The notes: a model not told the origin generated them from the sequence alone. Counted from the stretch's first letter, positions 36,923 through 51,200 are shown. The stretch is DNA of 64,000 nt from Octopus sinensis (GCF_006345805.1 NC_042997.1:205406001-205470000), one strand, 5' to 3'. Made by a program: numbers and translations.

Positions 36923-37299
36923 TAATGATAATAATGATGATGATAAGAAGAAAAAAAGAAAAATGGTTTCAAATTTTCACAAGGGCAGCAATCTTGGTGG
37001 GAGGATCACTAACAATGACCTCAGTGTTAAGATAATGATGATGATGGATTTCTTTTATTAGCCAGAAGGGCACAAGCCATGGAGGACAAAATTGAAGGAC
37101 GAGTGATACACATGCAAAAAAACACAACAAAACAAAAATTAGAACAACATTGATTGAATAACATCGATTTAGGGGTGATACTATCACATTATAGGATATA
37201 ACAGAGGATATATAATAGGAAGTAGAACAATAAATAGAATTTCCAATAGCATAGCAGTCCACTTAGGGCAATCTTGGGTAAAACCTCACAAAAATCCCA

Positions 37300-38100
37300 G
37301 ATTACTCAGCCATTCCAAGGCATGGGAAAGGGCCCCTCTTCCAGTTTCTTTCCTCCTGCTTAGAAAGGCATATTCAGAGTAGATGCATTCTGTCTCACCA
37401 GGCTTGCTACTGTCGACTAGCTTTTGACAAATACACTAGAAGGCAGAACCTCCCTCTCTACCCACACCTTCCTTTTCAAATAATTTGAAGAAATGATAAG
37501 TAAGGGCTTGACCAGATAGGAAATTGGTGATCTTCAAACCTTTCAGATCGGTCCACCACACAGCCTCTTTTTGCCACTGCCACTAAGCAGCGAAAGATCT
37601 GTCTTCTTCTCTGAAAAAGGAAGTGGTGTTGTGCCGACCTTCACATTACACTCAGCACACAGTTGAATTCTCTTGCATGCAACAACAGCTGCTCCACACA
37701 CTCCCACAACTCTCTAATGCACGGAACACTGAATGCAAGATGGTTTCATCCCCCTGCAAGCATCTCAAACAGATTGACTGTTGGCACTTCCTTGCCTGAA
37801 TAGCTTGTCTCGAAAGGGCAGGCCCCTCTGTAGCACTGCTATACCAAAGACTTTGGAAACTGTCCATGATCTTCAACCAAAGTTCCTCTGAAAGAAACTA
37901 CTCAGACTGTTCTCATTGAAGCCTAGATTTCAATCCTAGGCCATCCTCATTCACACCCTCAACTAATCCCCAAAGAAAATCTTGGGTTACTTTCCAGCTA
38001 ATGATTTGTGCATCTGGTTACAATGCAATGAGTGCCTAACAACATTCTAGATGCAAATGCTGACCCTTGCTCTATGTTTGACCCATGACTACTGCTCTGC
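37300..38100 (-). mobile_element. Degenerate Tx1/L1-clade 3' fragment
   Basis: CLRCLQGDETILHS knuckle (CxxC..ETxxH) and a downstream AKEAVWWT-like segment; heavily mutated. Confidence 0.5.
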
Positions 38101-38965
38101 TAATGAGATGAGCTGCAGAAGGACATGTCACACGTAGGACACCACACCATGTCACCCTTATTTTCATCATCGTCACCCACAGAACTCAGTCAGTGATCTA
38201 GGTATTGTGTAGTGTGTGACAGTCTCAAAGTGTGGCTGTCACATCATTAAGGATGGCATCCCAATCCCACCATAGTGTAACAGGTGACAAAAGATGGATT
38301 TTCTGAACCAGTGGAACCTGAACCTTCAAGAAGAATTGGAAAAAGCAAGCACTCCAATCTGGTCAGAGTTTTCTTAGGTGAAGTTTGATGCTGATACTGC
38401 TGCTGATGGTTAGAATATTATTGCTGTTGTTGCTACTGCTGGTTTCGTTACTAATATTGTTGTGCATGTTGTTCTTGTTAATTCGTTGTTGTTGTTGTTG
38501 GAGATGTCACAGGTCATACTGGTGTCAATGGTCTTACTTCAGTTGTTGGCAATATTGGTGGTGGTGGGGTTGGTGGTGGTGGTGGTGGTGTTATTGTCCG
38601 TAGGTTCTTTGCAAAAGTCAAAGGAACTGACAACATCAATGCTTGGTTGACTACTTCACCATGGGTCTCTTGAACATGTGGGAAACAAATACTTTTTCTC
38701 CTACCAACACTATTTAGAAGAGTACTGGCCATGTTGTGGAAAGGAATACATTGAAAATATATCCAGGAAAGATTTTGGAATGGGCAGAAATCCCATTCTG
38801 TAATTAAAACAGGATGAATCTCTTCTAGAAGCACTTGGATAGTCTGCCAAAATTAGTTATTAATTTCAGCAGCCAAAAAAATGGCAAAAGATAAACACAA
38901 TTAGAGGAAACTCACCAGCGATGATTCAGACGTGGATTCCATGTGTGAAGACAATAATATAATAA

Positions 38966-38996
<31 letters not shown>

Positions 38997-39024
38997 ATAA
39001 TGAATTAATAATTATTCAAATTTT

Positions 39025-39150
39025 GCCGCAAGGGCAGCTCTGGGGAGATGAGGATGAGTCACTCACATTGACCCCAGTGTTAAACTAGTATTTATTTTAT
39101 CAAACTTCAAAGAATGATAAATAAAATCAACCTCATGGAAATTCAACTCA
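39025..39150 (-). mobile_element. Degenerate Nin/Deu-domain-like SINE fragment
   Basis: cattgaccccagtgttaaactagtatttattttatc...ggaaattcaactcagaac; same family as 51066-51200. Confidence 0.65.
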
Positions 39151-39628
39151 GAACACAGCGAGGGGTGACATACCACTAACTCATTACTCCCGTGTTGCTA
39201 ACATTCTGCATCATACACTTAATAAAAATAAGAGTAGTAGTATAGTAGTAGTAGTAGTAGTTGTAGTAGTAGTAGTAGTAGTAATGATGATGATGATGAT
39301 AATCAACTCTACTGGGAGCACAGGGCCTCAACGATAATAACATCACAAAGGCAATCTTGGGGTGCTCTGTAAAGTGTCTATGGGGGTGTCAGGTAAAAGT
39401 AGCCAACATGTCCTGTAAAGTGGTTCCTATAAGGAAGGAGATACAGGAGATACAGTGTAGAAATCATGTAAATTCAGATTGAAGACTGGAGCAGCTCTCC
39501 AGCTTCCAAGGTCTGTTCAAACAGTTCAACACATGCCACCATGGACAACGGATCTACATGATGATGATGATGGTAGCATGTAAGATAAATATTGCTATAA
39601 TGAATCTTACCATCATAACAATGTTTAA

Positions 39629-42600
39629 TATTCCAGTGATGTTTATGGTCAATACAATAGTACCAGTTGAGCACTGGGGTTGACGTAATTCACTAGTCAC
39701 TCTCCTGAAATTGCTGGCCTTGTAACCAAAATTTGAAACCAAAATTCCAGTGATGTTTATGGTCAATAAAATAAGTACCAGTTGAGCACTGGGGTTGATG
39801 TAATTGACTTATCCACTCTCCTGAAATTGCTGGCCTTGTGCCAAATTTGAAACCAAAATTTCAGTGATGTTTATGGTCATAAATATAAGTACCCAGAGAG
39901 CACTGGGGTTGATGTAATTGACTTAGCCACTCTCTGAAATGCTGGCCTTGTGCCAAAATTTGAAACCAAAATTTCAGTGATGTTTATGGTCAATAAAAAA
40001 GTACCAGTTGAGCACTGGGGTTGATGTAATTGACTTAGCCACTCTCCTGAAATTGCTGGCTTGTGCAAAATTTGAAACCAAAATTTCAGTGATGTTTATG
40101 GTCAATAAAATAAGTACCAGTTGAGCACTGGGGTTGATGTAAATTGACTTAGCCACTCTCCTGAAATTGCTGGCATTGTGCCAAAATTTGAGACCAAAAT
40201 TCCAGTGATGTTTATGGTCAATACAATAAGTACCAGTAAGCACTGGGGTTGATGCAATTCACTTAGACACTCTCCTACATTGCTGGCCTTGTGCCAAAAT
40301 TTGAAAAAAACATTCCAGTGATGTTTATGGTCAATAAAATAAGTACCAGTTGTGCACTGCGTTGATGTAATTGACTTAGCCACTCTCCTGAAATTGCTGG
40401 CCTTGTGCCAAGATTTGAAACAAACATTCCAGTGATGTTTATGGTCAATAAAATAAGTACCAGTTAAGCAATGGGGTTGATGTAATTCACTTAGACACTC
40501 TCCTAAATTGCTGGCCTTGTCCCAAAATTTGAAACCAACATTCCAGTGATGTTTATGGTCAATACAATAAGTACCAGTTGAGCACTGGGGTTGATGTAAT
40601 TGACTTAGCCACTCTCCTGAAATTGCTGGCCTGGTGCCAAAATTTGAAACAAACATTCCAGTGATGTTTATGGTCAATAAAATAATACCAGTTAAGCACT
40701 GGGGTTGATGTAATTCACTTAGACCACTCTCCTAAATTGCTGGCCTTGTGCCAAAATTTGAAACAAACATTCCAGTGATGTTTATGGTCAATAAAATAAG
40801 TACCAGTTGAGCACTGGGTTGATGTAATTGACTTAGCCACTCTCCTGAAATTGCTGGCCTTGTGCCAAATTTGAAACAAACATTCCAGTGATGTTTATGG
40901 TCAATAAAATAAGTACCAGTTGAGCACTGGGGTTGATGTAATTGACTTAGCCACTCTCCTGAAATTGCTGGTCTTGTGCCAAAATTTGAAACCAAAATTC
41001 CAGTGATGTTTATGGTCAATAAAATAAGTACCAGTTAGCACTGGGGTTGATGTAATTGACTTAGACCACTCTCCTAAATTGCTGGCCTTGTGCCAAAATT
41101 TGAAACAAATATTCCAGTGATGTTTATTGGTCAATAAAATAAGAACCAGTTGTGCACTGGGGTTGATGTAATTGACTTAGCCACTCTCCTGAAATTGCTG
41201 GCCTTGTACCAAAATTTGAAACCAAAATTCCAGTGATGTTTATGGTCAATAAAATAAGTACCAGTTGAGCACTGGAGTTGATGTAATTGACTTAGCCACT
41301 CTCCTGAAATTGCTGGTCTTGTGCCAAAATTTGAAACCAAAATTCCAGTGATGTTTATGGTCAATAAAATAAGTACCAGTTGAGCACTGGGTGTTGATGT
41401 AATTGACTTATCCACTCTCCTGAAATGCTGGCCTTGTGCCAAAATTTGAAACCAAAATTCAGTGATGTTTATGGTCAATAAATAAGTACCAGTTGAGCAC
41501 TGGGGTTGATGTAATTGACTTAGCCACTCTCCTGAAATTGCTGGTCTTGTGCCAAAATTTGAAACAAACATTCCAGTGATGTTTATGGTCAATAAAATAA
41601 GTACCAGTTGAGCACTGGGGTTGATGTAATTGACTTATCCACTCTCCTGAAATTGCTGGCCTTGTGCCAAAATTTGAAACCAAAATTTCAGTGATGTTTA
41701 TGGTCAATAAAATAATACCTAGTTGAGCACTGGGGTTGATGTAATTGACTTATCCACTCTCCTGAAATTGCTGGCCTTGTGCCAAAATTTGAAGCCAAAA
41801 TTTCAGTGATGTTTATGGTCAATAAAATAAGTACCAGTTGAGCACTGGGGTTGATGTAATTGACTTAGCCACTCTCCTGAAATTGCTGGCCTTGTGCCAA
41901 AATTTGAAACCAAAATTTCAGTGATGTTTATGGTCAATAAAATAAGTACCAGTTGAGCACTGGGGTTGATGTAATTGACTTAGCCACTCTCCTGAAATTG
42001 CTGGCCTTGTGCCAAAATTTGAAACGAAAATTTCAGTGATGTTTATGGTCAATAAAATAAGTACCAGTTGAGCACTGGGGTTGATGTAATTGACTTAGCC
42101 ACTCTCCTGAAATTGCTGGCATTGTGCCAAAATTTGAGACCAAAATTCCAGTGATGTTTATGGTCAATACAATAAGTACCAGTTAAGCACTGGGGTTGAT
42201 GCAATTCACTTAGACACTCTCCTACATTGCTGGCCTTGTGCCAAAATTTGAAACAAACATTCCAGTGATGTTTATGGTCAATAAAATAAGTACCAGTTGT
42301 GCACTGGGGTTGATGTAATTGACTTAGCCACTCTCCTGAAATTGCTGGTCTTGTGCCAAAATTTGAAACAAACATTCCAGTGATGTTTATGGTCAATAAA
42401 ATAAGTACCAGTTGAGCACTGGGGTTGATGTAATTGACTTATCCACTCTCCTGAAATTGCTGGCCTTGTGCCAAAATTTGAAACCAAAATTTCAGTGATG
42501 TTTATGTTCAATAAAATAAGTACCAGTTGAGCACTGGGGTTGATGTAATTGACTTAGCCACTCTCCTGAAATTGCTGGCCTTCTGCCAAAATTTAAAACC

Positions 42601-45600
42601 AAAATTCCAGTGATGTTTATGGTCAATAAAATAAGTACCAGTTGAGCACTGGGGTTGATGTAATTGACTTAGCCACTCTCCTGAAATTGCTGGCCTTGTG
42701 CCAAAATTAGAAACCAAAATCTCAGTGATGTTTATGGTCAATAAAATAAGTACCAGTTGAGCACTGGGGTTGATGTAATTGACTTAGCCACTCTCCTGAA
42801 ATTGCTGGCCTTGTGCCAAAATTAGAAACCAAAATCTCAGTGATGTTTATGGTCAATAAAATAAGTACCAGTTGAGCACTGGGGTTGATGTAATTGACTT
42901 AGCCACTCTCCTGAAATTGCTGGCCTTGTGCCAAAATTTGAAACCAAAATTCCAGTGATGTTTATGGTCAATAAAATAAGTACCAGTTGAGCACTGGGGT
43001 TGATGTAATTGACTTAGCCACTCTCCTGAATTGCTGGCCTTGTGCCAAAATTTGAACCAAAATTCCAGTGATGTTTATGGTCAATAAATAAGTACCAGTT
43101 GTGCACTGGGGTTGATGTAATTGACTTAGCCACTCTCCTGAATTGCTGGCCTTGTGCCAAAATTTGAAACAAACATTCCAGTGATGTTTATGGTCAATAC
43201 AATAAGTACCAGTTGAGCACTGGGTTGATGTAATTGACTTAGCCACTCTCCTGAAATTGCTGGCCTTGTGCCAAGATTTGAAACAAACATTCCAGTGATG
43301 TTTATGGTCAATAAAATAAGTACCAGTTGAGCATGGGGTTGATGTAATTGACTTAGCCACTCTCCTGAAATTGCTGGCCTTGTGCCAAATTTGAAACAAA
43401 CATTCCAGTGATGTTTATGGTCAATAAAATAAGTACCAGTTGAGCACTGGGGTTGATGTAATTGACTTAGCCACTCTCCTAAATTGCTGGCCTTGTCCAA
43501 AATTTGAAACCAAATTCAGTGATGTTTATGGTCAATAAAATAATACCAGTTGAGCACTGGGGTTGATGTAATTGACTTATCCACTCTCCTGAAATTGCTG
43601 GCCTTGTGCCAAAATTTGAGAACCAAAATTTCAGTGATGTTTATGGTCAATAAAATAAGTACCAGTTGAGCACTGGGGTTGATGTAATTGACTTAGCCAC
43701 TCTCCTGAAATTGCTGGCCTTGTGCCAAAATTTGAAACAAAATTCAGTGATGTTTATGGTCAATAAAATAAGTACCAGTTGAGCACTGGGGTTGATGTAA
43801 TTGACTTAGTCACTCTCCTGAAATTGCTGGCCTTGTGCCAAAATTTGAAACCAAAATTCCAGTGATGTTTATGGTCAATAAAATAAGTACCAGTTGAGCA
43901 CTGGGGTTGATGTAATTGACTTAGTCACTCTCCTGAAATTGCTGGCCTTGTGCCAAAATTTGAAACCAAAATTCCAGTGATGTTTATGGTCAATAAAATA
44001 AGTACCAGTTAAGCACTGGGGTTGATGTAATTGACTTAGCCACTGTCCGTAAATTGCTGGCCTTGTGCCAAAATTTGAAACAAACATTCCAGTGATGTTT
44101 ATGGTCAATAAAATAAGTACCAGTTAAGCACTGGGGTTGATGTAATTGACTTAGTCACTCTCCTGAAATTGCTGGTCTTGTGCCAAAATTTGAAACCAAA
44201 ATTCCAGTGATGTTTATGGTCAATAAAATAAGTACCAGTTGAGCACTGGGGTTGATGTAATTGACTTATCCACTCTCCTGAAATTGCTGGCCTTGTGCCA
44301 AAATTTGAAACCAAAATTTCAGTGATGTTTATGGTCAATAAAATAAGTACCAGTTGAGCACTGGGGTTGATGTAATTGACTTAGCCACTCTCCTGAAATT
44401 GCTGGCCTTGTGCCAAAATTTGAAACCAAAATTTCAGTGATGTTTATGGTCAATAAAATAAGTACCAGTTGAGCACTGGGGTTGATGTAATTGACTTAGC
44501 CACTCTCCTGAAATTGCTGGCCTTGTGCCAAAATTTGAAACCAAAATTTCAGTGATGTTTATGGTCAATAAAATAAGTACCAGTTGAGCACTGGGGTTGA
44601 TGTAATTGACTTAGCCACTCTCCTGAAATTGCTGGCCTTGTGCCAAAATTTGAACCAAAATTTCAGTGATGTTTATGGTCAATAAAATAAGTACCAGTTG
44701 AGCACTGGGGTTGATGTAATTGACTTAGCCACTCTCCTGAAATTGCTGGCCTTGTGCCAAAATTTGAAACCAAAATTCCAGTGATGTTTATGGTCAATAA
44801 ATAAGTACCAGTTGAGCACTGGGGTTGATGTAATTGACTTAGCCACTCTCCTGAAATTGCTGGCCTTGTGCCAAAATTTGAAACAAAATTCCAGTGATGT
44901 TTATGGTCAATAAAATAAGTACCAGTTGAGCACTGGGGTTGATGTAATTGACTTAGCCACTCTCCTGAAATTGCTGGCCTTGTGCCAAAATTTGAAACAA
45001 AATTCCAGTGATGTTTATGGTCAATACAATAAGTACCAGTTGAGCACTGGGGTTGATGTAATTGACTTAGCCACTCTCCTGAAATTGCTGGCCTTGTGCC
45101 AAAATTTGAAACAAACATTCCAGTGATGTTTATGGTCAATAAAATAAGTACCAGTTGAGCCCTGGGGTTGATGTAATTGACTTAGCCACTCTCCTGAAAT
45201 TGCTGGCCTTGTGCCAAGATTTGAAACAAACATTCCAGTGATGTTTATGGTCAATAAAATAAGTACCAGTTAAGCAATGGGGTTGATGTAATTCACTTAG
45301 ACACTCTCCTAAATTGCTGGCCTTGTCCCAAAATTTGAAACCAAAATTTCAGTGATGTTTATGTTCAATAAAATAACTACTAGTTGAGCACTGGGGTTGA
45401 TGTAATTGACTTATCCACTCTCCTGAAATTGCTGGCCTTGTGCCAAAATTTGAGACCAAAATTTCAGTGATGTTTATGGTCAATAAAATAAGTACCAGTT
45501 GAGCACTGGGGTTGATGTAATTGACTTAGCCACTCTCCTGAAATTGCTGGCCTTGTGCCAAAATTTGAAACCAAAATTTCAGTGATGTTTATGGTCAATA

Positions 45601-47535
45601 AAATAAGTACCAGTTGAGCACTGGGGTTGATGTAATTGACTTAGCCACTCTCCTGAAATTGCTGGCCTTGTGCCAAAATTTGAAACGAAAATTTCAGTGA
45701 TGTTTATGGTCAATAAAATAAGTACCAGTTGAGCACTGGGGTTGTTGTAATTGACTTAGCCACTCTCCTGAAATTGCTGGCATTGTGCCAAAATTTGAGA
45801 CCAAAATTCCAGTGATGTTTATGGTCAATACAATAAGTACCAGTTAGGCACTGGGGTTGATGCAATTCACTTAGACACTCTCCTACATTGCTGGCCTTGT
45901 GCCAAAATTTGAAACAAACATTCCAGTGATGTTTATGGTCAATAAAATAAGTACCAGTTGTGCACTGGGGTTGATGTAATTGACTTAGCCACTCTCCTGA
46001 AATTGCTGGCCTTGTGCCAAGATTTGAAACAAACATTCCAGTGATGTTTATGGTCAATACAATAAGTACCAGTTGAGCACTGAATTGATGTAATTGACTT
46101 AGCCACTCTCCCGAAATTGCTGGCCTTGTGCCAAGATTTGAAACAAACATTCCAGTGATGTTTATGGTCAATAAAATAAGTACCAGTTGAGCCCTGGGGT
46201 TGATGTAATTGACTTAGCCACTCTCCTGAAATTGCTGGCCTTGTGCCAAGATTTGAAACAAACATTCCAGTGATGTTTATGGTCAATAAAATAAGTACCA
46301 GTTAAGCAATGGGGTTGATGTAATTCACTTAGACACTCTCCTAAATTGCTGGCCTTGTGCCAAAATTTGAAACCAACATTCCAGTGATGTTTATGGTCAA
46401 TACAATGAGTACCAGTTGAGCACTGGGGTTGATGTAATTGACTTAGCCACTCTCCTGAAATTGCTGGCCTGGTGCCAAGATTTGAAACAAACATTCCAGT
46501 GATGTTTATGGTCAATAAAATAAATACCAGTTAAGCACTGGGGTTGATGTAATTCACTTAGACACTCTCCTAAATTGCTGGCCTTGTGCCAAAATTTGAA
46601 ACAAACATTCCAGTGATGTTTATGGTCAATACAATAAGTACCAGTTGAGCACTGAATTGATGTAATTGACTTAGCCACTCTCCTGAAATTGCTGGCCTTG
46701 TGCCAAAATTTGAAACAAACATTCCAGTGATGTTTATGGTCAATAAAATAAGTACCAGTTGTGCACTGTGGTTGATGTAATTGACTTAGCCACTCTCCTG
46801 AAATTGCTGGTCTTGTGCCAAAATTTGAAACCAAAATTCCAGTGATGTTTATAGTCAATAAAATAAATACCAGTTAAGCACTGGGGTTGATGTAATTCAC
46901 TTAGACACTCTCCTAAATTGCTGGCCTTGTGCCAAAATTTGAAACAAACATTCCAGTGATGTTTATGGTCAATACAATAAGTACCAGTTGAGCACTGAAT
47001 TGATGTAATTGACTTAGCCACTCTCCTGAAATTGCTGGCCTTGTGCCAAAATTTGAAACAAACATTCCAGTGATGTTTATGGTCAATAAAATAAGTACCA
47101 GTTGTGCACTGTGGTTGATGTAATTGACTTAGCCACTCTCCTGAAATTGCTGGTCTTGTGCCAAAATTTGAAACCAAAATTCCAGTGATGTTTATGGTCA
47201 ATAAAATAAGTACCAGTTGAGCACTGGGGTTGATGTAATTGACTTAGCCACTCTCCCGAAATTGCTGGCCTTGTGCCAAGATTTGAAACAAACATTCCAG
47301 TGATGTTTATGGTCAGTAAAATAAGTACCAGTTGAGCACTGGGGTTGATGTAATTGACTTAGCCACTCTCCTGAAATTGCTGGCCTTGTGCCAAGATTTG
47401 AAACAAACATTCCAGTGATGTTTATGGTCAGTAAAATAAGTACCAGTTGAGCACTGGGGTTGATATAATTGACTTAGCCACTCTCCTGAAATTGCTGGCC
47501 TTGTGCCAAAATTTGATACCAACATTCCAGTGATA
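39629..47535. repeat. 115-bp tandem satellite, about 69 copies, derived from a SINE 3' half
   Basis: Unit ccagtgatgtttatggtcaataaaataagtaccagttgagcactggggttgatgtaattgacttagccactctcctgaaattgctggccttgtgccaaaatttgaaaccaaaatt. The copy number is the array length divided by 115. Confidence 0.97.
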
Positions 47536-47744
47536 TTTCTAGTATTTTTTATAATTAATAGAGATAGTGTTTACTTTGTATCAGTTAAATATTAATTATA
47601 TTTTTCTGTTTGCTAATGTATTATAATAATAAGATATAACTTAATCTTGAAATACTTTTCTGTATTTACCCACTGAACTCCCCAGTTCACCTCTTTTTCC
47701 TCACTAACGAAATGATTTTATCTTTTTACTTTTTCTTAATTTAG

Positions 47745-49166
47745 TTGTGCTGAACGTTTGTAGAATGCCACATCAATTGGAAGGTGTGAAGTTAGATGTT
47801 CAACCATTCTGGAAACCACCTGAAGAAAATATCATTTCAAAACAGCAAGTCCATGACTATTCACTACCTACCAAGTTCCATCTGAATTTTTTAAAGAAAC
47901 ATAGAACTGATGTTAATGACAAATTAAAGACTTTGGCTGATGTTCTTTGGGAAGATTCCAAGATTAATAAACTGAGATTTAAATATTCTGAAGAAAATTT
48001 TGAAGAAATTGAACAGTGTTTGAAAGATTTATTAAATTCCATTACTGTTGAAACTATTGATGTTCCAGATGATATGTTTGAAGACATTGTTGGAACATTT
48101 GACAGTCAAGATGAGCGGAAGTATTTTTATTTTGATAACCGATATCATAAAGCTCATATTCTCGGATTCGATAAAAGTAACGTGATTAAAATGAAAAAGA
48201 GACTTTTGGATAATCTTAGAACTAAATCTGCGGATGATTTAACTATTTATGAAAGACGTATTCTATCTGGTCTCGGATTCTTTGAGCAGGCAGAAGGACA
48301 ATTTGAAGGTCTAAAAGTCACAGTTCATAGTAACAAAGTTGTTTTTGAAGGCCAGTTTTCCGAAATAGATATTTGTCAAAAGAAAATGTATAAAATTCTT
48401 AAGTCAATTGTTAAATCTGAATTGTGTTTGCCTTTAAATACTGGAATGATCATAAATAAAAAACCAGTGAAAGAATATCTTGATGAAAAACTGAGAAACA
48501 AGAAATGTATCGGTTCATGGGAAACGGGTGATGGTGATTCAGTAATACTTTATGCAAGTGATAAAACACATCTTTCACTTCTGGAAGAAATCATGAAAGA
48601 AACTTTTGTTGCCAATACACTGGATTTTGTAGACAAAATTAAGGATACTCCAAATCATGGAAAGTGGCTGACATTTGTTGAAAGTCTAAAAGAAGAGTTT
48701 CCAGATTTCTGTTTTATTGGAGAAAATTCTATTGTTGCTGTTGATGCTGTAGTTAATGATATAAAAAGCAAAATTGATAACTTTAAGCAAGGAATCGATG
48801 GATTCAGGGAAAAAAATAAATTGAATAATGTGTTACACCTGGAAAGAACACAAGAGCAAATTAGGGGAACGGAAAGAGTTACAAGAAATTCCAGAAATGT
48901 TGAATCGTTTAAATCTCAAGAAACCCAGAAAAGTGAAGAAGGAAAGAATTTCTTATGTGAAATGCAGAAGCAATCTGAGAGCATAATATCATTAAATTCA
49001 GATTTAGGAAGTGAAACAGATGAAATAGTTAATGTTAAGTATAAGAACTGTGAAATAGTGTTGAAGGAAGGTGACATCACGACTCTGGACACAGATGCTA
49101 TTGTTAATGCTGCAAATGGCAGACTGGAACACAGGGGTGGGGTTGCAGCAGCCATTGTGAAGAAAG
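47745..49166 (+). CDS. PARP14: Large internal coding exon (1422 nt, phase 1-1) of a PARP14/PARP9-like macrodomain gene: end of an RRM, KH-like region and first part of macrodomain 1
   Basis: Stop-free 474-codon frame (ORF 47747..49171). Branch point cactaac at 47702, polypyrimidine tract, acceptor AG 47743-44, donor GTTAGT at 49167. Starts VLNVCRMPHQLEGVKLDVQPF (RRM-end-like) and ends LKEGDITTLDTDAIVNAANGRLEHRGGVAAAIVKKG (macrodomain GDIT/NAAN/GG motifs). The PARP14 assignment rests on domain order and is an inference. Confidence 0.85.
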
Positions 49167-49211
49167 GTTAGTAATACCATTTTTTATAGTTAATGTTCCT
49201 TTTTAGATCCA

Positions 49212-49352
49212 TGTGTGGTTGAGAAGCTTGCTTCCTGACCTTGTGGTTTCAGGTTCAATTCCACTCACAGCATTTTGGACAAGTGTCTTCTGTTATAGGT
49301 CAATGGTTGGCCAAAGCCTTGGGAGTGGATTTCGTTGATAGAAACTGAAAGA
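49212..49352 (+). mobile_element. tRNA-derived SINE, degenerate, in the PARP14-like intron
   Basis: gtgtggttgagaagcttgcttcc..ggttcaattcc (A/B-box-like), ggacaagtgtcttc core, aaagccttgggagtggattt..gaaactgaaagaagc tail. Confidence 0.65.
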
Positions 49353-50626
49353 AGCTCATCGTATATACATGCATACATACATATATATATATGTATGTGT
49401 GTGTGAGGGTGAGTAGCCAGGTGTTCACAGCACACGATGGTTGTAAATGAACATCACCATCACACAAGTGATGTTGTGTCATTTTCGGTCTTCCATGAAA
49501 AACATGTCTGACCATGGGGAAATATTCCCTCATTTGGAAACATGTGGCAATTGGCTACAGGAAGGACGGGGTGATTTCTATTTGTGTAACACTCAGAGCT
49601 TATAGATTTGAGACACTTGATCACTGACCAGTCCCCAAAATCTGGATAATTATAAATGATGTCATCAATGTTACAATCCATTTAAAGAAACTTATGTCTG
49701 ATGCAATGCTGATCTCTTCTTCTGTTACACTCCATTCCACACCACTCGTTTCTCTTACAGTCTAAATTCTCCATCCCTTTTCATTTCAAACCATCCTTCA
49801 CACCATCCACCTTTTACATTCCCAGTGTCCCCGCAACATCTACCCACACACACACACACCTACTCTACACCGTTGAACTCATTACCCAACACCACACACC
49901 CACCAACATATTCAAACAGCATGTACACACATCCACACGCACTCACTCCTTCTCCTCTTCCTTCGCCCACAATAGCACCCACCCACCCCTCATGCTACCC
50001 ATCCACACGCTTATAACAGCAACTATGTCATAACACACCTACACTTCCCAATACCTACCACTTTCCCCACCCATCTTCCACCAAACACCTCTATCCAGTT
50101 TCACACACTTAACACACACACACACACAAGATATACACGCACACAATAGCTTCATAAGCCCACATGTATGAACACATAAACAGAAAACAAGGACTCACGC
50201 ACACACATATACAGACACACAAATATACAGCTTATAATACACACATGTCATGCATTGATGTCCGTGCTCACACACCCATCGGTAACAGTTTCACAGTTAT
50301 CCCCCTTGCCACTTATGCCTTTAGCAACCTCTTCCTCCTCTGGTCATTTCAGCTTACAGTGACAGTCCAATTCAGACATGTTCGTTTTTTTTCTCTCTAT
50401 ATTTTATGTTCCATTTTCTGTTTTTCTTGAAGAAGAGTGTATGTTTGAAATGTAAATGACTTTTATATCTATTTTCCTTTCTTCACCTCATCTTCATGTT
50501 ATTTATAATTTTGCACTGAATATGTTGGTATGTCTGTATGTGTGTGTATATATATCTATGTACATACATACATACATATATACATACATACAGGTAATAT
50601 ATAATATGAATATTTTAAATGATATC

Positions 50627-51065
50627 ATCATCATCATCATCATCATCTTTTAATGTCCGTTTTCCCTGCTCGCATGGATTGGACTATTTGACTGAGATCT
50701 GGAGAGCCAGTGACTGCACCAGGATTCAGTCTGATCTGGCAAAGTTTCTACAGCTGGATGCCCTTCCTAACACCAACCACCCCGAGAGTGTAGGGGGCAC
50801 CTTATATGTTCCACTGGCACAGAAGCCAGTCAGACAGGCCTAGCATCGATCATGTTCAGACAGTGCCTTTTACGTCCCACCGGCACGGGCCAATCAGGGG
50901 GCACTGGCATTGGCGATGTTCAGATGATGCTTCTTATGTGCCACCAGCACAGGGGCCAGTCAGTGGGTACCGGCATTGGCCATGTTTGGATGGTGCCTTT
51001 TGCATGCCACTGGCATGGGAGCCAGTCAAGGGGTATTGGCATCGGACCTACTACAAGCACAACAT
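50627..51065 (-). mobile_element. RTE-X 3' UTR tail copy
   Basis: (CAT)n then ttttaatgtccgttttccctgc..gtttctacagctggatgcccttcctaacaccaacc. Confidence 0.8.
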
Positions 51066-51200
51066 CTGAAATTTGGGGGAGGGAATGAGTCGATGACATC
51101 GACCTCAGTGTTTCACTGGTACTTAATTTATCGACTCTGAAAGCATAAAGGGTAAAGTGAACCTTGGCAGAATTTAAACTCAGAATGTAACAACAGACAA
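51066..51200 (-). mobile_element. Nin/Deu-domain-like SINE (dispersed relative of the 115-bp satellite)
   Basis: Reverse strand reads ttctgagtttaaattctgcc..cctttatgctttcagagtcgataaattaagtaccagtgaaacactgaggtcgatgtcatcgact. Confidence 0.75.

Noticed and set aside
38385-38834. ORFs with poly-Leu, poly-Val or poly-Pro runs
   Set aside because: They come from trinucleotide repeats and have no domain similarity that I can recognise.
40102-47525. Many 70-190 aa ORFs (MTINITG..., HKHHWN...) on the minus strand
   Set aside because: They are translations of the 115-bp satellite. The unit is not a multiple of 3, so the frames cycle and terminate.
39629-47535. CRISPR-like regular array
   Set aside because: The units are contiguous tandem copies with no unique spacers, no cas genes are present, and the context is eukaryotic.
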